Shown here: positions 61,252 through 64,000 of the stretch, one piece after another
Layout: each line of letters starts with the position of its first letter
Position numbering within the stretch: the first letter of the stretch is position 1
The notes under the pieces: generated by a model
Told to the model about the DNA's origin: nothing
Seen by the model: only the letters and a program-made list of their open reading frames with translations
The model's database searches: none
DNA from: Sedimentisphaerales bacterium
GTDB lineage: Bacteria > Planctomycetota > Phycisphaerae > Sedimentisphaerales > SM23-30
Strand: one strand, 5' to 3'
NCBI GenBank assembly: GCA_963666285.1
Contig: OY762711.1
Length of the DNA stretch: 64,000 nt
Made by a program: the position numbers and the translations under genes

Positions 61252-61770
61252 TTATTTTATATGTTTGAACTGAACAACAGCACTCCATCGGTCTTTTGAA
61301 CTTTTGTTGGCAGAAGGAGAAATAGAGATATCGGTGCAATCGAGAGAGAGGAAATTGCTTTCGGCGAAATCGATAAATTTGCCAAGCTGTTCAATTCTGA
61401 TATTTGAAATTTCGATAACCTCACGGTATTCTTTTTGACCATTTCTAAGAGTTTTGGGCTGTTCACCGGAAAGTTTTTTCATGTTGGATGATGCGATTCC
61501 GGCAGCCTGGGCACATTCGATAAAAGAGCTAACCGTTTCAAATTCTCTTTTGCCGGCGTTGCCGTCGAGATCAATGTTAGATTTTCTTTTGATATCGATA
61601 ATGCCGTTGGCTGCTTCTGTTGCCCTGGCAGCATTTTTGATTTCCTTTTCGGCAGCATTAGCAGCTTTATTCATAGAAAACCAGAAAAACATAGCTACTA
61701 TCAGCAGCAGGGCGGGGGTTAATATTGCCCAGGTTTCAGGTTTTTTGAAATCATCTTTTGTTATGTCCAT
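61252..61770 (-). CDS. GspM/PilO-like type II secretion assembly protein
   Basis: N-terminal TM, coiled-coil, ferredoxin-like pattern; follows the GspL-like gene. Confidence 0.55.
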   Translation of the reverse strand: MDITKDDFKKPETWAILTPALLLIVAMFFWFSMNKAANAAEKEIKNAARATEAANGIIDIKRKSNIDLDGNAGKREFETVSSFIECAQAAGIASSNMKKLSGEQPKTLRNGQKEYREVIEISNIRIEQLGKFIDFAESNFLSLDCTDISISPSANKSSKDRWSAVVQFKHIK

Positions 61771-61846
61771 TTTAATAATCCTCGTGAGTATTTTTGGTGG
61801 CTAAAAAACTGGAAAAATCGAGCAATTTCCGAAGTCACCTGTATTT

Positions 61847-63292
61847 TCAGCTATTACTATCTTCTGTATCCTTTTTTTTATCGTTAGTATTTCTTCCGGC
61901 ACCGGCGTTAGGTGATGCGGTAGTCATCGGCATTTCGAAAGACTGACGGTTGCCGGCGTTGTTTGAGGTTTCCTGGATAATTTCCAGACCGGAATCCTGG
62001 CTTTGCAGTGTGGTGCGGAGCTGTTTAAGTGCTTCTAGGTCTGGGACAGATCCTGAGAACCGTTTGATTTCACCCGGTTTGAAAGTCATAGAAGTAATAA
62101 TAAGGTCGAATTCCGGGTTGAGTTTGCTGAGCGCCCTGAATGCCAGGTTCATGGTATTGGTAGCGGAATCTGTGTTGCCGGTATTGAGTCCGGAAGCGAT
62201 ATTTTTAATTTTCCTGAACTCTCTTTCCAGATCGGTAAGTCTATGGTCAGGGTTTCTAGAGTTTATCCTGCAATACCTGGCGGCGTTTTTGATATTTTCG
62301 GAAGCTTCCTTTTTCATTTGCTGATATTTGGCGGTATGCATAACCATAATTCCACTCCATGAAAGAATGATAATGCATGCGAGTGCAGACATGGAGAAAA
62401 GTGCAGTCATCCTGGATTTCTTTATGCTGACAGGTTCGAGTCCATCGGCCCTGAAATTACAGTTTGTCCAGCTTTTCTGGTTGGAAAGGGCGGCACCAAT
62501 AGCGGCGGCCCTGGCAAATGAAGTTTCCTTAAGAGGCTTGGAATTTAGTTTGAGCTCTTTGGCGATCTCTTTAATCTTATTTTCGGAGATATTGTCCTCA
62601 TGGTAGTAGATGTTTTTTAATGTTTCGCCGCCGGGCAGAGTGATGGAACATCGGTTAAGTTCTATGTCTATCATATTATAGAACCTGCTGTCGTCAACGT
62701 CTGGGAATTTCCTGGAGATGACCGGCAGACCGTCACTATTGAGTACCAGGAGATATACGGTAGAGCCGCATCTGCCGATAAAGGCGGTAGGTTCTTGAGT
62801 TATTTGTCCAAAAGCATCGAGGAATTTATGCCAGGCGACAACAGCTGGAACGGCAGACACGGGGTCAGAGCCGGCGGCGTTCATCTGTTCGAAAATGTCA
62901 AGCAGTTTATCTTTTTGGGCGGTATAGACAATAAGGTCAACATTAGTAGTATTGGTAGGTTTTTCCTGGTAGCAAATGGCGATTTTTTCTGCGTCGACAG
63001 CAAGTATGTCTTCGATATCGAATTTGAGAGTCTGGCCGGCCTGCTGGATTTCTTCGAATTCGCTGCGATGGTCATGGCTCATATACAGGCTGCCGCCAAG
63101 GGCCAATGTCGGCGGCCTGGTTTTGCCCATTGATTGACAGAGCGAAGCGAGCAGCTCGGTTCCTGTTTGGTTGGCAGCGGCATCATCCGCAGGTTCATAG
63201 AAAGCGGTTCTTATATTAGAACCGGTCCCCTCGACTTCAACGCCGAGAGCGGTTTTGCCATTATAAAAAATTCCAATATTTTTATGAGCCAT
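61847..63292 (-). CDS. GspL/PilM-like type II secretion assembly protein
   Basis: Cytoplasmic actin-like region (LKFDIED), NFR before TM, periplasmic domain. Confidence 0.6.
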   Translation of the reverse strand: MAHKNIGIFYNGKTALGVEVEGTGSNIRTAFYEPADDAAANQTGTELLASLCQSMGKTRPPTLALGGSLYMSHDHRSEFEEIQQAGQTLKFDIEDILAVDAEKIAICYQEKPTNTTNVDLIVYTAQKDKLLDIFEQMNAAGSDPVSAVPAVVAWHKFLDAFGQITQEPTAFIGRCGSTVYLLVLNSDGLPVISRKFPDVDDSRFYNMIDIELNRCSITLPGGETLKNIYYHEDNISENKIKEIAKELKLNSKPLKETSFARAAAIGAALSNQKSWTNCNFRADGLEPVSIKKSRMTALFSMSALACIIILSWSGIMVMHTAKYQQMKKEASENIKNAARYCRINSRNPDHRLTDLEREFRKIKNIASGLNTGNTDSATNTMNLAFRALSKLNPEFDLIITSMTFKPGEIKRFSGSVPDLEALKQLRTTLQSQDSGLEIIQETSNNAGNRQSFEMPMTTASPNAGAGRNTNDKKKDTEDSNS

Positions 63293-63313
63293 TTTAAAAC
63301 TCCACTTAGTTTA

Positions 63314-64000
63314 TTAGTAAACAGCCTGCAGCTGCAGTTTAGCACCTCTTCGGTGGTAGCAGGCCTGTTTAGTTTTTGTTATATCTCCGATCGTAGCTAC
63401 AATTCTAACGGTAAAGACATTGTCAACAACCTTGGTCAGGTAGAAGACCGCCGCTGCCATGTTGTTATCGATCCCTTCGATCTGTCGAACATCCCTGGGA
63501 GATAGGAACAGAGATTTGTTTTCTCTATAGTCCACAATCTTCTGGGCCAGTTCCCTGGTAATACCAATTTCTTTAAGCCCAACGGTAAGTACCTCTACCG
63601 GTGCGGTGTTGATATTTATATAAGTTGACCCCCATATGCCGAGATAATCGCTCAGGAGATTACCGCTCGGCAAGGTTACCATTTCCTTGATATCCTGATA
63701 GTGGTTGTTGTTGATATCTCTGTGCCATTGGCCGCCAACGGGTGCGAAATTGATATGATTTCGAGTAACCCAAAGTTCCACCATTCGGTTGGTAGAGCCG
63801 TAACTTCTCCTACGCCAGAGATTATTTTTTTTGTAGACTCCAGGTGTGAAAGGTATGTCGATATTATCGGTAAGCTCTGCGAGATAGTCAATTATTTGCT
63901 GTTTGTTAGGGTTGCCCGGGTCAAGTTCGTCAATAAGCTCTTTTACCAGCGGCATGTTGTAGTTATTATCCTTAGGTGAACTAATACCATATTGGGATTT
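63314..64000 (-). CDS. GspK-like protein, 5' part outside window
   Basis: ININTAP.EVL, A.KIVDYR..F HhH; frame open to the window edge. Confidence 0.65.
   Translation of the reverse strand, partial: KSQYGISSPKDNNYNMPLVKELIDELDPGNPNKQQIIDYLAELTDNIDIPFTPGVYKKNNLWRRRSYGSTNRMVELWVTRNHINFAPVGGQWHRDINNNHYQDIKEMVTLPSGNLLSDYLGIWGSTYININTAPVEVLTVGLKEIGITRELAQKIVDYRENKSLFLSPRDVRQIEGIDNNMAAAVFYLTKVVDNVFTVRIVATIGDITKTKQACYHRRGAKLQLQAVY

Noticed and set aside
1..64000. tRNA or rRNA genes
   Set aside because: No cloverleaf with T-loop consensus or rRNA-like segment seen by eye; tRNAscan-SE and barrnap not run

Overview
Bacterial chromosomal window. The gene repertoire suggests Planctomycetota, probably Phycisphaerae/Sedimentisphaerales (inference only): a DUF1559-type prepilin-like protein, an ECF sigma/FecR pair, dockerin-like C-termini, PEP-CTERM and a PQQ-like propeller. 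Contents in order: IS3-family element (copy 1); ECF-FecR-secreted protein cluster; an AT-rich island bounded by ~90-bp direct repeats, holding a truncated adenine methylase and a secreted-protein gene split by a second IS3-family element; MBL hydrolase, subtilase, aldo-keto reductase, ArnT-like GT and PEP-CTERM protein; a Wzm/Wzt glycan locus; a prepilin-like gene, methyltransferase and ISL3 remnant; sigma54 activator, cheD, cheX, protease, cheW; dsbD-like, trpS, scpA, xth, nth; IS3 copy 2; hypothetical genes; GH78; two HD-GYP-PilZ paralogues; Clp-N protein; Gfo/Idh/MocA oxidoreductase; gspM/L/K-like genes. No rRNA, tRNA or CRISPR array was seen. The most unusual signal is a >1-kb non-coding modular mosaic repeat (about 9.85-11.04 kb, 32.5-33.1 kb, 44.8-47.6 kb, with fragments elsewhere). 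It is built from many different short palindromes, 7-bp periodic purine tracts and an IS481-like end. Its copies differ by gain or loss of whole modules, module-order permutation and hairpin-loop inversion, and an IS inserted into one of its palindromes. Also notable: a 36-aa ORF that resembles an isolated chemoreceptor C-terminal tether, and sigma28-like promoters shared by cheD, cheW and both HD-GYP-PilZ genes. All alignments were done by eye; no searches were run.
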